Below the pieces are notes generated by a model. The model was given only the letters and a program-made list of their open reading frames with translations. It was not told the origin of the DNA and made no database searches. A DNA stretch of 64,000 nt from Gemmatimonadota bacterium. Lineage in GTDB: Bacteria; GCA-2686955. The translations under genes and the position numbers were made by a program. Each line of letters starts with the position of its first letter. The first letter of the stretch is position 1. Positions 26,587 to 35,744 of this stretch are shown here, in pieces. The stretch lies in NCBI GenBank assembly GCA_002686955.1, contig NYZA01000108.1:1312-65311 (forward strand), given 5' to 3'.

Positions 26587-29500
26587 CGCAACGGCCTCGC
26601 AACTACGACGGTCCGTTTCGCCTGCATCAGACTTTCCCCTTTCGCTTCGGCGAGGAGGATGTAGATCCCTACGCCGAGCGTGCGCCCCGCGTCGTCGGTG
26701 CCGTCCCAGACGAACACTCCATTCGCGCTGCCGACCTCGTCCACGAGGGTTCTCACGGGGCGCCCGAGCGAGTCGAAGACCCGGAGGGTGAACACCGATT
26801 TCGGCGGTAGCCGGTAGCGGATCGCGGTTTCGTCCTGGAAACCGTTGCCGTCCGGGGAGAAGGGATCGGGGCCGACCTCGAGCGAGATGCCGGAAGAGAA
26901 ACCTCCGGCGAGGCTGTTGGCGCGGCCCGGCGTCGATCCGGAGGGGTCGACCGAGAGCCACCAGTTCGCCTCACTGGCGGGGTTCCCCCGGTGATCGATC
27001 CGCTCCCACGAGACGCCGGCCTCGTTGTCCCGCTTTCCGCGCCAAGCGTCGTCGTAGGGGACTCGGTCCACCACGAATCCCCGCGGATCGGCCAGCGTGA
27101 TCACATCGTCGGTGTTGTTCAGCGTTTCCCAGCGATCGGGCTCGAGGACCGGAACGTCTACCAAGGGGAAGGAGGCCCGCATCTTGTCGAGGTCTTGGGT
27201 GAGCACGACGAAGGCGCCGGGGGCCAGGCGGATCGGAGAGTCGTCGGCGGCCAACAAGGGTGAACGGCCCTCATCATCGCCCAGCGTCCACCCCGCCAGA
27301 TCGATGTCGCGCTCCGACCCGTTCAAGATCTCGATCCACTCCGGCTGCCCCGAGTCTTCGTCGGGACGGTTCAGGAACTCGTTCACGACGAGAAACGCCT
27401 CCACATCGCCGACGGCCAGATCGAGTGAGGCGCGATCGTTGGTCGGGCGATCGTCGGTCGAGACCTGCGCGACCATCCGGTGCCGACCCTCTTCCAGTCC
27501 ACCCTCGAAGACGATCTCGATCGTATCGCCCGGAGAGATCTTCGCGATCTCGGTCGGGCCGCCGATCAGCTCGGCCGGGGAGAGGATCTCGTTCAGATCG
27601 TCGTCGAGATAGAGCTCGAGGCTCGCGCCGCTCACCGAAGTGGTGCCGGCCACCGCGACGACCGCCGTGAGCCCGAGGTCGGCCAGAGCAGCGGCGCCCG
27701 GGTTGTCGGCGTAGAGCTCGTGGCAGGCGAGATCGCGCGCCACCGGAGTGACGGAGTTGACCGAGCCCGGAGTGCCCCCTTCGGAGGATTCGGCCCAGTT
27801 GCTCTCCGTGTCGCCGGAGCTCGGATCGATCCGTTCGAGCGAGAATCCGTCCCCCGGATCGAAGGGAACCCCGTCCAAAGCGTCGTCATCTCGATCCCCG
27901 GGATCCTCTTCATCCTTGGGCGTGCCGAAGGTATCGATCACATTGTCCCGATCCGTGCCACCTGCGTCATAAAGTGTGAGCGGATCGTTGCTGGCCGCCA
28001 GCCCGCTCCCTCCGATATCGGATCCGTTCACCGTCAGCACGACCGTCCCCGCGGGGATCGAATAGGGCTGAGGCTCTCCGCGCGATGGCGAGGCATGATC
28101 GGGATCGAGAACAAGGGCGTGGCTGCCAGCCGGAATCAGTGTCGTTCCGGTTACCACGCCCGGTGCCTCGAGTGTGCCGTGTGTCAGATCATCCCACGGA
28201 ATGATCGCATCGACCCCGTCGCCGTCGGTCAGGCTCCAGCCGGCGACATCGACCACCGATTCCCCGCGATTGAGAAGCTCGACGAATTCGTCGGCCTTGC
28301 CTCCCGGGATCTCGGTCTCTCCGCCCGCGGGATTCGCCATCACCTCAGTGATCGCGATGTCGGATGGGCCGACGCTGAACGAGATGTTCACCAGATCGTT
28401 GCCGGGAACCTCGTCCCCTGTCGCGCTCACTTCGACGGTCAGTGTGTGGGGACCGGCGGTGGCGCCGAGCCAGGTGGCCTCGGCCGTGGCGGTGTCGCCC
28501 GCCGCCAGAGCGAAAACCAAAACCGTTGCGATCTCGTCGCTTCCATCGATCGTGAACGACACTTCGGCCGTATCTATGATGCCGATCCCCTGGTTCACCA
28601 GACGAGCGTCGATCTCGACATCGTCGCCGGGCAGCGGGGCGCTCGGTGTCATAGTCACGAGCTCCTCGAAGAGGGCCGCATCGATATCGGCGGGGGTCAC
28701 GGAGTTCACTGCGCCCGGTGTGCCCCCCTCGGAGGACTGGGCCCAGTTGCTCTCCGTGTCGCCGGAGCTCGGATCGATCCGCTCGAGCGAGATTCCGTCC
28801 CCGGGATCGAAGGGAACCCCGTCCAAGCCGTCGTCATCTCGATCCCCTGGGATCTCTTCATCCTTGGGCGTGCCGAAGGTATCGATCACATCGTCACGAC
28901 CCGTGCCACCCGCGTCATAAAGTGTGATCGGATCGGTTGTCGTCAGCCCGCTCCCCCCGATATCCGATCCCTCCACCGTGAGGATGATCGTTCCCGCGGG
29001 GATCGAATAGGGTTGAGGCTCCCCGCGCGATGGCGACGCATGTTCGGGATCGAGAACGAGGGCATAGCCACCCGCCGGAATCAGCGTCGTTTCGGTCACC
29101 ACGCCCGCGGCTTCGAGCGTACCGTGGACCGCGTCATCCCAGGGAATGATCGCGTCGACACCGTCGCCGTCGGTCAGGCTCCAGCCGGTGACATCGACCA
29201 CCGAATCTCCGCGGTTCAGCAGCTCCAGAAACTCGTCCGCCACGCCGCCCGGTATCGCGGTCTCTCCGCCGGCCGGGTTGGCCATGACCTCGGTGATCGT
29301 GATATCCGACTCACCGGCAACGGTGAAGGGCAGGTCCACGGAATCGTTCCCCGGAACCTCGTCGCCTGGCGCGGCCACCTCGACCGTCAGAGTATGGGGA
29401 CCCGCCGTGGCGCTGAGCCAGGTTGCCTCGACGGTGCCGGTGTCGCCGGGTGCCAGAGTGAAGACCGAAATCGTCGCGAATTCGTCCACCGCGTCGATCG

Positions 29501-30170
29501 TGAACGACACTTCGGCCGAATCGATTGCCACGGCTCCCATATTCACGACGCGCGCCTCGATCTCCACATCGTCACCAGGCCGCGGCGCGCCCGGCGTCAT
29601 CGTTACGAGCTCTTCGAAGAGGGCAGCGTCGATATCGGCCGGCGTGACGGAATTCCTCACGCCCGGTGTCACGCCGAGGGGATCGAGGCTGGCCGTCCAG
29701 TTTCCGGGGTCGTCCCCCTCGAGAGGCAGGATCTTCTCGATCGAAATGCCGTCGTCGCCTCCGCTCGACCAATGAAACTTCCTCACTCCGTCGAGATCGT
29801 CGACCACCGCGACCGAGTCGCCGGAGTTGCCCAGGCTCATCTTGATCTGAACGATCGGCGTGCCGGGGGGCAGCGACCACTGCCCCAGGAAAGTCAGCGT
29901 ATCGTCGGCGATGATCGCGAAGCCGAAAGGCTCGATCTCCAGCCCAGAAGGCAGTGCAGTCGTGTCGGGGGACGATCCGCCATCGATGAAATCCCAGCCG
30001 GAGAGGTCGACGAGATCGCCTCCTCCGTTGTGCAGCTCGACGAACTCGAGCTTGGTCTGGCTCCCCGGTTCGTTGACGAGCACTTCGTTCAGCACCACCT
30101 CGCCGCGATCGGCCCGCGCGCAGAGGGTGATTGACGCGGCGGCGACGAAAAGAAGTAGCGCCCGCGTCAT
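26583..30170 (-). CDS. giant secreted protein: 4 LTD domains interleaved with CARDB-like Ig domains, with a FlgD-Ig/T9SS-type C-terminal domain
   Basis: LTD signatures VVLNEVLVNEPG..EFVELHN..LSGWDF, ITITEVMANPAGG..EFLELLN..VTGWSLTDGDG (twice) and LVVNEFLNRP..EWIEILN..LAGWTLGDD. CARDB-like PGDDVEI.A.VVN. C-terminus FTLRVFDSLGRPVRTLVD...WDGTDDAG..LGVGIYILL. Confidence 0.85.
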   Translation of the reverse strand: MTRALLLFVAAASITLCARADRGEVVLNEVLVNEPGSQTKLEFVELHNGGGDLVDLSGWDFIDGGSSPDTTALPSGLEIEPFGFAIIADDTLTFLGQWSLPPGTPIVQIKMSLGNSGDSVAVVDDLDGVRKFHWSSGGDDGISIEKILPLEGDDPGNWTASLDPLGVTPGVRNSVTPADIDAALFEELVTMTPGAPRPGDDVEIEARVVNMGAVAIDSAEVSFTIDAVDEFATISVFTLAPGDTGTVEATWLSATAGPHTLTVEVAAPGDEVPGNDSVDLPFTVAGESDITITEVMANPAGGETAIPGGVADEFLELLNRGDSVVDVTGWSLTDGDGVDAIIPWDDAVHGTLEAAGVVTETTLIPAGGYALVLDPEHASPSRGEPQPYSIPAGTIILTVEGSDIGGSGLTTTDPITLYDAGGTGRDDVIDTFGTPKDEEIPGDRDDDGLDGVPFDPGDGISLERIDPSSGDTESNWAQSSEGGTPGAVNSVTPADIDAALFEELVTMTPSAPLPGDDVEIDARLVNQGIGIIDTAEVSFTIDGSDEIATVLVFALAAGDTATAEATWLGATAGPHTLTVEVSATGDEVPGNDLVNISFSVGPSDIAITEVMANPAGGETEIPGGKADEFVELLNRGESVVDVAGWSLTDGDGVDAIIPWDDLTHGTLEAPGVVTGTTLIPAGSHALVLDPDHASPSRGEPQPYSIPAGTVVLTVNGSDIGGSGLAASNDPLTLYDAGGTDRDNVIDTFGTPKDEEDPGDRDDDALDGVPFDPGDGFSLERIDPSSGDTESNWAESSEGGTPGSVNSVTPVARDLACHELYADNPGAAALADLGLTAVVAVAGTTSVSGASLELYLDDDLNEILSPAELIGGPTEIAKISPGDTIEIVFEGGLEEGRHRMVAQVSTDDRPTNDRASLDLAVGDVEAFLVVNEFLNRPDEDSGQPEWIEILNGSERDIDLAGWTLGDDEGRSPLLAADDSPIRLAPGAFVVLTQDLDKMRASFPLVDVPVLEPDRWETLNNTDDVITLADPRGFVVDRVPYDDAWRGKRDNEAGVSWERIDHRGNPASEANWWLSVDPSGSTPGRANSLAGGFSSGISLEVGPDPFSPDGNGFQDETAIRYRLPPKSVFTLRVFDSLGRPVRTLVDEVGSANGVFVWDGTDDAGRTLGVGIYILLAEAKGESLMQAKRTVVVARPLR
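27748..29643. repeat. tandem duplication, 2 x 948 bp, inside the giant LTD gene
   Basis: Units 27748-28695 and 28696-29643 begin with GTGACGGAGTT / GTCACGGAGTT (the next unit boundary, at 29644, reads GTGACGGAATT). They align colinearly at high identity by eye. Each encodes CARDB + LTD. Confidence 0.85.
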
Positions 30171-31405
30171 GGCCCGACCCCCTGAATGACGCGGAAGGTG
30201 CTTCCGTCCGAGACGACGATCAGCGTTCCTTCCTCATCGGTGCGCCGCACTTCGACCCCCGCGTCGGACCAACGCTGAAGCGTTTCCGGATGAGGATGGC
30301 CGTGGGAGTTGTCGGCTCCGACCGAGATCAGGACGAGCTCGGCATCGACCGCCTGCGCGAAAGAGGCGGATGAGCTGAAACGGGATCCGTGATGGGGCGC
30401 TTGCACCACGGCGGCGTCCAGCAGCAGCGGATCTCGCGCGATCAGCTCCGCCTCGGTATCGGCGCCGACATCTCCGGTCAGGAGCGCGGCGAACTGGTCG
30501 AACTCGATCCGGATGACGACCGAGAGCTCGTTCAGCTCGTCCTCGTCGGCGTCGCACTCCGCGGTCAAAACCGTCTCGGGGTTCAGGACGATCAGCCGGC
30601 TCTCTGGATCGGCCATCGGCCACTCCTCGTCGTCGGCGACGTTCAGCACATCGAGGCCGCCCGCCGCGACGAGGCTGTCGACGACCGAGTGCAGCTCGGC
30701 CAGATCGGCGCCACCACCGTCGCGCCGGCAGCTTCGCCAGAGTGTGGTGACCGGCAGGCCGCGAAGTACGCTCGTGAGTCCACCGTAGTGATCCTGGTCC
30801 TGGTGCGTCGAAACGACCAGATCGAGCGCGTTGACCTCGGCGGTACGCAGATACTGGAGCAGGCCGGGGCCCTCCTCCGGCTCCCCTCCGTCCACCAAGA
30901 TCTTCGGGCCATCGGGGAACTCGACCAGGATCGCGTCCCCCTGCCCGACATCGATCATGTGGATGCGGATCTCATCCGCGCCGACGGCGGTGACCGCTCC
31001 GCTCAACTGGTCGTTGGCCGGGTCGTCGTCCTCGATGTCGATCTTGGCCAGAAAGAGATGGTCGCCCGAGGGGAGGGAATCGACGCGGGTCGCGACCAAG
31101 GCCGAGTCGCCCGGGGTCAGCACATCGATGGCGATCGGTCCGCCGGCGATCTCGTCGGGCGCACCAATCTCGTCCTGGTCCTCGTCCAAAAAGAAGGTGA
31201 GGGTCGCGCCGGCGACGAGCTCCTCGCCCTCGTTGAGCACGTTGGCTTCGATCAGAACGCTCTCGCCGACGGTTGCGGGCGACGGGCTCACCCTGATCGC
31301 GGTCAGCGCCAGATCGACCGTCGAAAGCTGCGGCGCAGCGGGCTCTTGCGCGCAGCCCGCGAGCAGGGCGAGCGCGGCGAGCAGCGAAAGTGCGGCTTCT
31401 CTCAT
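30167..31405 (-). CDS. lipoprotein with CARDB-like domain and ComEC/Rec2-type metallo-beta-lactamase domain
   Basis: Lipobox LLAGCAQ. MBL blocks IHMIDVGQGDAILVEF, VVSTHQDQDHYGGL, LLTGDVG and APHHGSRFSSS match the ComEC C-terminal domain pattern. ATGA overlaps at both ends. Confidence 0.8.
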   Translation of the reverse strand: MREAALSLLAALALLAGCAQEPAAPQLSTVDLALTAIRVSPSPATVGESVLIEANVLNEGEELVAGATLTFFLDEDQDEIGAPDEIAGGPIAIDVLTPGDSALVATRVDSLPSGDHLFLAKIDIEDDDPANDQLSGAVTAVGADEIRIHMIDVGQGDAILVEFPDGPKILVDGGEPEEGPGLLQYLRTAEVNALDLVVSTHQDQDHYGGLTSVLRGLPVTTLWRSCRRDGGGADLAELHSVVDSLVAAGGLDVLNVADDEEWPMADPESRLIVLNPETVLTAECDADEDELNELSVVIRIEFDQFAALLTGDVGADTEAELIARDPLLLDAAVVQAPHHGSRFSSSASFAQAVDAELVLISVGADNSHGHPHPETLQRWSDAGVEVRRTDEEGTLIVVSDGSTFRVIQGVGP

Positions 31406-31665
31406 GACGCACCGTCCCGATCTTCGCCTTCGCGCGTCATCTCGAGGAGCCGTTGCTGCAAATCCGCCGTTTTCCCACGGAGCTCGACCTCTCGATCGCT
31501 GTCCCTCTCGACCCGCATCGTGAGACAAGCACCCTCCCCCGCCCCCTCCGGCAGACGCTCGACCGGCAGGAGCATCTCGCCGCCCCCCAGAACCGCGATG
31601 ACCGCGCGCCCCTCTTCGATCCGGTCCACCGTCGCCTGCAATTGCACGATCTTCGCGTCGCTCAT
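31402..31665 (-). CDS. DUF3006-like small protein
   Basis: 87 aa. ATVDRIEEGRAVIAVLGGGEMLLPVERLPEGAGEGACLTM fits the DUF3006 pattern, a family commonly encoded next to ComEC-type MBL genes. Confidence 0.6.
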   Translation of the reverse strand: MSDAKIVQLQATVDRIEEGRAVIAVLGGGEMLLPVERLPEGAGEGACLTMRVERDSDREVELRGKTADLQQRLLEMTREGEDRDGAS

Positions 31666-33464
31666 AAGGAGATCCTCAAGGCTACCCGCGCCTCCGCATC
31701 GGGATTCACGTCGCGGTCGTCATCGGAGTAGAAGCGGCTTCGGGCGCGCGCTTCGAGCGAATACCGATCCAGAAATTTGAGCCTCTCTTCGACCTGAAGC
31801 TCGACGTAAGAGTCGTTGGCCTCGTCGAAGTTGTTGTCTTTCCAACGAAAGCGGAGCCAGGGAGAGACCGGTGCCAGCCGCCGAAACGACGATTCCACCC
31901 AGATCTCGCCGGAGTCTACATCGCCGCTCGAGGTCGTGCGGGTCCGCCAGACCGCCCGAAAGCGCAGGTCGGTGTAGGGCCCCGCGTCGCTGCGTCCATC
32001 GAAGGTCAGGGTGCGCCGTTCGCTCGCCTCCCCCTGCGTGTCGTCGATATCCCAAATATGACGCAAGAAGGCGCGCCGCCTCGTCGAGCGGCGCCAGGCG
32101 AGGGTCGCGTCGGCCCGGCGGTCGGTTTCGCCGTCGATCGCATTCGCCCACCGCGCGAAAGACCCCTCGGCCGTCCAATCACCGACGATCTCGATCTCGG
32201 TCTCGATGAGCGCGCCCCGCTCACCGGCCTGCCGGTCGCGGATCTCGATATCGTCGTCGGGCAGCACATCGAAGCTGCTCCGGTCGGTGTCGGCGGTGCC
32301 TCCGCTGTGCAGGTTTACGTAGTCCGTGCCGTAGTGCCACAGGGTCGCGCCGCTCTCGAAGACCGCCCCCCGCGATTCGACCCGTAGCTCCGAACCCAAC
32401 CCGTGGCCCGGGCTCCAGGAGCTCTCGCCGCTGATCTCCACCAGCCCCGCCCGGGTCGCGCCGAAGAGTGCCAAGAAGTCGCGCTCGAAAGCGTCCCCCG
32501 ATGCTTCCCCGATCAACGATTGACGCGCCCCGATCGCACCGATCGAATGGCGCTCGCCCTCGCGCCCGAGAGATGCGGCGAGCACCCGATCGGTCACCAA
32601 TGCGTAGCGGTTCTCCGAGACCAGCACGACGGGCGAGAACGCGCCGGCCCGGAGCGAAGCGAAGACACCGTTGTATCGGCCGAGTCGGGGGACGAGCAGG
32701 GTGCTGCCCCCCTCGTCGGGAGTGCGCAGGCTCGCCGTCAGGGCGACGCGACGCCCCAGTGTTACTCCGAGCCCGAGCTTCTCGCGGACCGTGCCGAAAA
32801 CCAATCGCTCGATCATCCCCTGTTTTGCGTCGTAGTAGACCGAGCGCTCCTCCAGGCCGGGCTGCTCGTCCTCTTCGGAGCGGGCGCGAAAACGTACCCG
32901 GAAGCGCCCCGCGCCGGCGGGGGAGCGGATGTCCCCGCTGAGGTCGTTGCGCAGATCGCCCTCTTCGTGCAGGTCGCGGGCCGTCTGAATCTTGATCCAG
33001 CCGTCGAGATCGACGCTCGGCAGCATCCGCCCTTGCGTTGTGGGAGTAGCATCCGCCACCGGGCGCTCGGGCACGGCCGCGCGCGTGAACGTGAACACAA
33101 AGAGCTGATCGGGATCGATCCCGGGCACCTCGGCCAGCTCCGCGGTCGAGGCGAAGCCCTCGTTCTTCTCTCGGTGCCGCTCGAGCGCGCTGAGATCGTG
33201 GGGCGTAAAGCCGGGCACCACCAAAAGGCGCGAAAGATCATCGCCGTTGATGTCGACCGGATCGCGAAGCAGCTCGATCAGCTCATCACGGGTCTGCTCG
33301 TCGAGCTCGCCTTCGAAAAAAGCGTCGTTGATATCCTCTTCCGACTCGAGCCGCAGATCGCTGATGAGTTGGGCGCCGGTCTCGCGCAACGAGGTCGCCG
33401 ACAGTACGAGGACCAGGATCGCACCCCACCGCTTCGCCCCGCCGATCGACGGGCGACCGGTCAC
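31662..33464 (-). CDS. outer-membrane protein: N-terminal helix-hairpin-helix (ComEA-like) module + large predicted beta-barrel
   Basis: Signal peptide, then VDINGDDLSRLLVVPGFTPHDLSALERHREKNEGFASTAELAEVPGIDPDQL (HhH). The remaining ~450 aa show alternating beta-strand-like sequence. GTGA overlap with the upstream gene. Confidence 0.6.
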   Translation of the reverse strand: MTGRPSIGGAKRWGAILVLVLSATSLRETGAQLISDLRLESEEDINDAFFEGELDEQTRDELIELLRDPVDINGDDLSRLLVVPGFTPHDLSALERHREKNEGFASTAELAEVPGIDPDQLFVFTFTRAAVPERPVADATPTTQGRMLPSVDLDGWIKIQTARDLHEEGDLRNDLSGDIRSPAGAGRFRVRFRARSEEDEQPGLEERSVYYDAKQGMIERLVFGTVREKLGLGVTLGRRVALTASLRTPDEGGSTLLVPRLGRYNGVFASLRAGAFSPVVLVSENRYALVTDRVLAASLGREGERHSIGAIGARQSLIGEASGDAFERDFLALFGATRAGLVEISGESSWSPGHGLGSELRVESRGAVFESGATLWHYGTDYVNLHSGGTADTDRSSFDVLPDDDIEIRDRQAGERGALIETEIEIVGDWTAEGSFARWANAIDGETDRRADATLAWRRSTRRRAFLRHIWDIDDTQGEASERRTLTFDGRSDAGPYTDLRFRAVWRTRTTSSGDVDSGEIWVESSFRRLAPVSPWLRFRWKDNNFDEANDSYVELQVEERLKFLDRYSLEARARSRFYSDDDRDVNPDAEARVALRISL

Positions 33465-34564
33465 CGTCGCTTCCCCAGCGTCTTCACTTCAAGCCGCTTG
33501 CCGTCGGTCAGAAAACGGATCGTTCCATCCAGATCGGTGCGCAGAACTTCCACACCGGCCGCGTCGAAACGATCGATGGTCGAGCGATGGGGATGCCCGA
33601 ATTTGTTCCGCCGCCCGCACGAGATCGCGGCGATGCTGGGGCGTAGCGTCTCGACGAAGGCCGCCGTGCTGGAGCTTCGGGAGCCGTGGTGCCCCACCTT
33701 CAGAAGGCAGGCCGATTTGAGCTGCCCCGACTGCACCAGCTCCGCCTCCTCCTCCGCCTCGGCGTCGCCGGTGAGCAGCGCGACGAATCCGCCGTACGAA
33801 ATCTCCAGCACGACCGAGCTGTTGTTGACGTTCTCATCTTGGGGCGGCTCGGGACCGAGAATACGAATCTCCACCCGCGGATCGAGATCGAGAGTATCGC
33901 CGCTCTTCGCGATCCGATAGGCGATTTTCCTCTCGGCCAGCCGCTCGAGGAGCGCGGCGTATGTGTCGGACGAATATGGGACTCCGGGATCGACATAGAG
34001 ATCGATCCCGAGCGCGCCCGCCACCGTGACCAGGCCGCCGATATGGTCGGCGTGAGGGTGGCTGCCGACCGCGATGTTCAGCCTGTCGATCCCTCTCTTC
34101 CGCAGAAAGGGCAAGACCGCCTTCTTGCCCATGTCGTCCGGCATCTGGTAGCCGCCCGACTTCTTGCCGGCTCCGCTGCTCGCGTGAAAGGCCATGCCCC
34201 CGTCGACCAGGAGTGTTCGGCCGTTCGGAGCGACGACCAGAATCGCGTCGCCCTGGCCGACATCGATGAGAACGATTTCGAGAACATCCGCGGCCTCGGG
34301 GAGCGGGCCGCGCTCGATCGAGCAGCGTGGACCGATCGGGCGCGGTGCCGGAGTCTCCCCTTTCGGATGCGGAGCCCTGCTCGCCGCCGTCGATGCGGCC
34401 GACGCGGGGGTGACGTGAGCCGGGCGCCGCTTCTGAGATTCCAGCCGATCGGTGTACGGATTGTCGAAAAACCCGCCCGATCCGCACCCCGCGATCAGTG
34501 CGGCGGCGATGGAAAAGAGGGCGAGCAGGGTTCTACTGCGCTGCGTCAAGGAAGGGATGGACAT
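33461..34564 (-). CDS. lipoprotein with ComEC/Rec2-type metallo-beta-lactamase domain (second copy)
   Basis: Lipobox LIAGCGS. MBL blocks LIDVGQGDAILVVAPNG, VGSHPHADHIGGL, LLTGDAE and KVGHHGSRSSS. Confidence 0.8.
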   Translation of the reverse strand: MSIPSLTQRSRTLLALFSIAAALIAGCGSGGFFDNPYTDRLESQKRRPAHVTPASAASTAASRAPHPKGETPAPRPIGPRCSIERGPLPEAADVLEIVLIDVGQGDAILVVAPNGRTLLVDGGMAFHASSGAGKKSGGYQMPDDMGKKAVLPFLRKRGIDRLNIAVGSHPHADHIGGLVTVAGALGIDLYVDPGVPYSSDTYAALLERLAERKIAYRIAKSGDTLDLDPRVEIRILGPEPPQDENVNNSSVVLEISYGGFVALLTGDAEAEEEAELVQSGQLKSACLLKVGHHGSRSSSTAAFVETLRPSIAAISCGRRNKFGHPHRSTIDRFDAAGVEVLRTDLDGTIRFLTDGKRLEVKTLGKRR

Positions 34565-34574
34565 CGATGATTGG

Positions 34575-35726
34575 CTATTTCAGGAGAATCAGCTTGAGGG
34601 TCTCTGTCCATCCGTCTTCCGTCCCCAGGCGGCAGAGATATACGCCGCCGGATCGTGTTCCCGCGTCCCACTCGATACGGTGCTCCCCCGCCGATCGCTG
34701 CTCACCGGCGAGCAGGGTCACCACGCGCTGACCGGCCAGGTCGAAGAGCCCCAGAACGACCGCGGAACGCTCTTCCAGGGCGAAAGAGATCTCGACGTGG
34801 GGGTTGAAGGGGTTGGGGCTTGCGGCGAAGGAGCGGACTATGCTCTCCGGCGGACCCGGCGACCCACTCTCTTCGCCCGCATCGATCGAGGTGGGGAAAT
34901 ACGCGCGGCGAACCAGGGTCGTGTCGATCACGAAGGGATTCGGCCGGCCGCTCTGGTGGTTCGCGATCTGGTTGGTGCGGCTGATCTCGTCGGAGTCGAC
35001 CGGATCGAGCGAGTGCCAGACGCCGAGCACGTCCTTCTGCCGGGGGAAGAAGCTCGCGTCGGCGGCGTCGGCCTCGTCCTTGTACATCGTGTAGAAATAG
35101 AACATCGAGCGGGCGACATTGCCCTTGTGGTCTTCGCGCGGCTCGAAGAGGTCGTCGTCGTTTTCTTGCTCGCTGTATTCCTCGATAAGCGAGCCGGGGA
35201 TCGAAGTGAGGAAGGAATCGAGCCGCCACCACTTGTCGGTCAGATCGTCGGGCAACTCGTCGAAAGGATCGCTCCCTCGCGCGCCGTTCGCCTGGATCCG
35301 CGTCGGGTAGAGGTGGTGCATATCGCTCTTGGCCTGACCGTTCGCTCCCTTGCTCTGCGGCCAGGTGTGCTCGGTATCGATCCCCCCCTGATATGCCTCG
35401 TCGGAGGGATCGCCCCAAGGATCGATGTAGACCGTGAAACCCGTGTAGACCCCCTTCAGCGAGTCTTGGTCGTTGTCGATGTCGCCGTAGAGGATGTCCC
35501 TCGCATCGTCATAGCCCGGGGTGCTCCACGGCTTGTAGGAATCGACGAGAGCCTCGAGCAACTCACTACCCTCGAGATCGGGAAAGATCGGAGTGTTCTG
35601 GGGATGGGCCGCGGTGGGCAGGGCGCAGATGAGCAGCGCCGGTAACGCGGCGGTTGGCAGCCGGGTGCGCATGGGAGGCTTCGCAGGGGGTTGGGGAGAA
35701 ATGGCCGAGCCTTCCAATGGTAACAA
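34575..35726 (-). CDS. secreted endonuclease I family nuclease with T9SS/FlgD-Ig-type C-terminal domain
   Basis: Endonuclease I blocks TEHTWPQSKG, MHHLYPTRIQANGARGSDPF, DHKGNVARSMFYF and GRPNPFV. C-terminus SPNPFNPHVEISFAL...LFDLAGQRVVTL...GGVYLCRL. Confidence 0.85.
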   Translation of the reverse strand: MLPLEGSAISPQPPAKPPMRTRLPTAALPALLICALPTAAHPQNTPIFPDLEGSELLEALVDSYKPWSTPGYDDARDILYGDIDNDQDSLKGVYTGFTVYIDPWGDPSDEAYQGGIDTEHTWPQSKGANGQAKSDMHHLYPTRIQANGARGSDPFDELPDDLTDKWWRLDSFLTSIPGSLIEEYSEQENDDDLFEPREDHKGNVARSMFYFYTMYKDEADAADASFFPRQKDVLGVWHSLDPVDSDEISRTNQIANHQSGRPNPFVIDTTLVRRAYFPTSIDAGEESGSPGPPESIVRSFAASPNPFNPHVEISFALEERSAVVLGLFDLAGQRVVTLLAGEQRSAGEHRIEWDAGTRSGGVYLCRLGTEDGWTETLKLILLK

Positions 35727-35744
35727 CGCAGCCGCTCCGGTGGG

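Noticed and set aside
27748-29643. Checked whether the large direct repeats could be a CRISPR array or satellite
   Set aside because: The period is 948 bp, in frame, inside a coding sequence, and it encodes duplicated protein domains. No short repeat-spacer structure was seen anywhere in the window.
27480-30134. 884-aa + strand ORF, the longest of several large ORFs antisense to the operon (also 30389-31780, 32403-33920, 34452-35645, 36015-37139, 25001-26602)
   Set aside because: These are Arg/Gly/Pro/Asp-rich low-complexity translations with no motifs. Each lies exactly opposite a minus-strand ORF with clear domain signatures. This is the typical antisense shadow-ORF effect in high-GC DNA.
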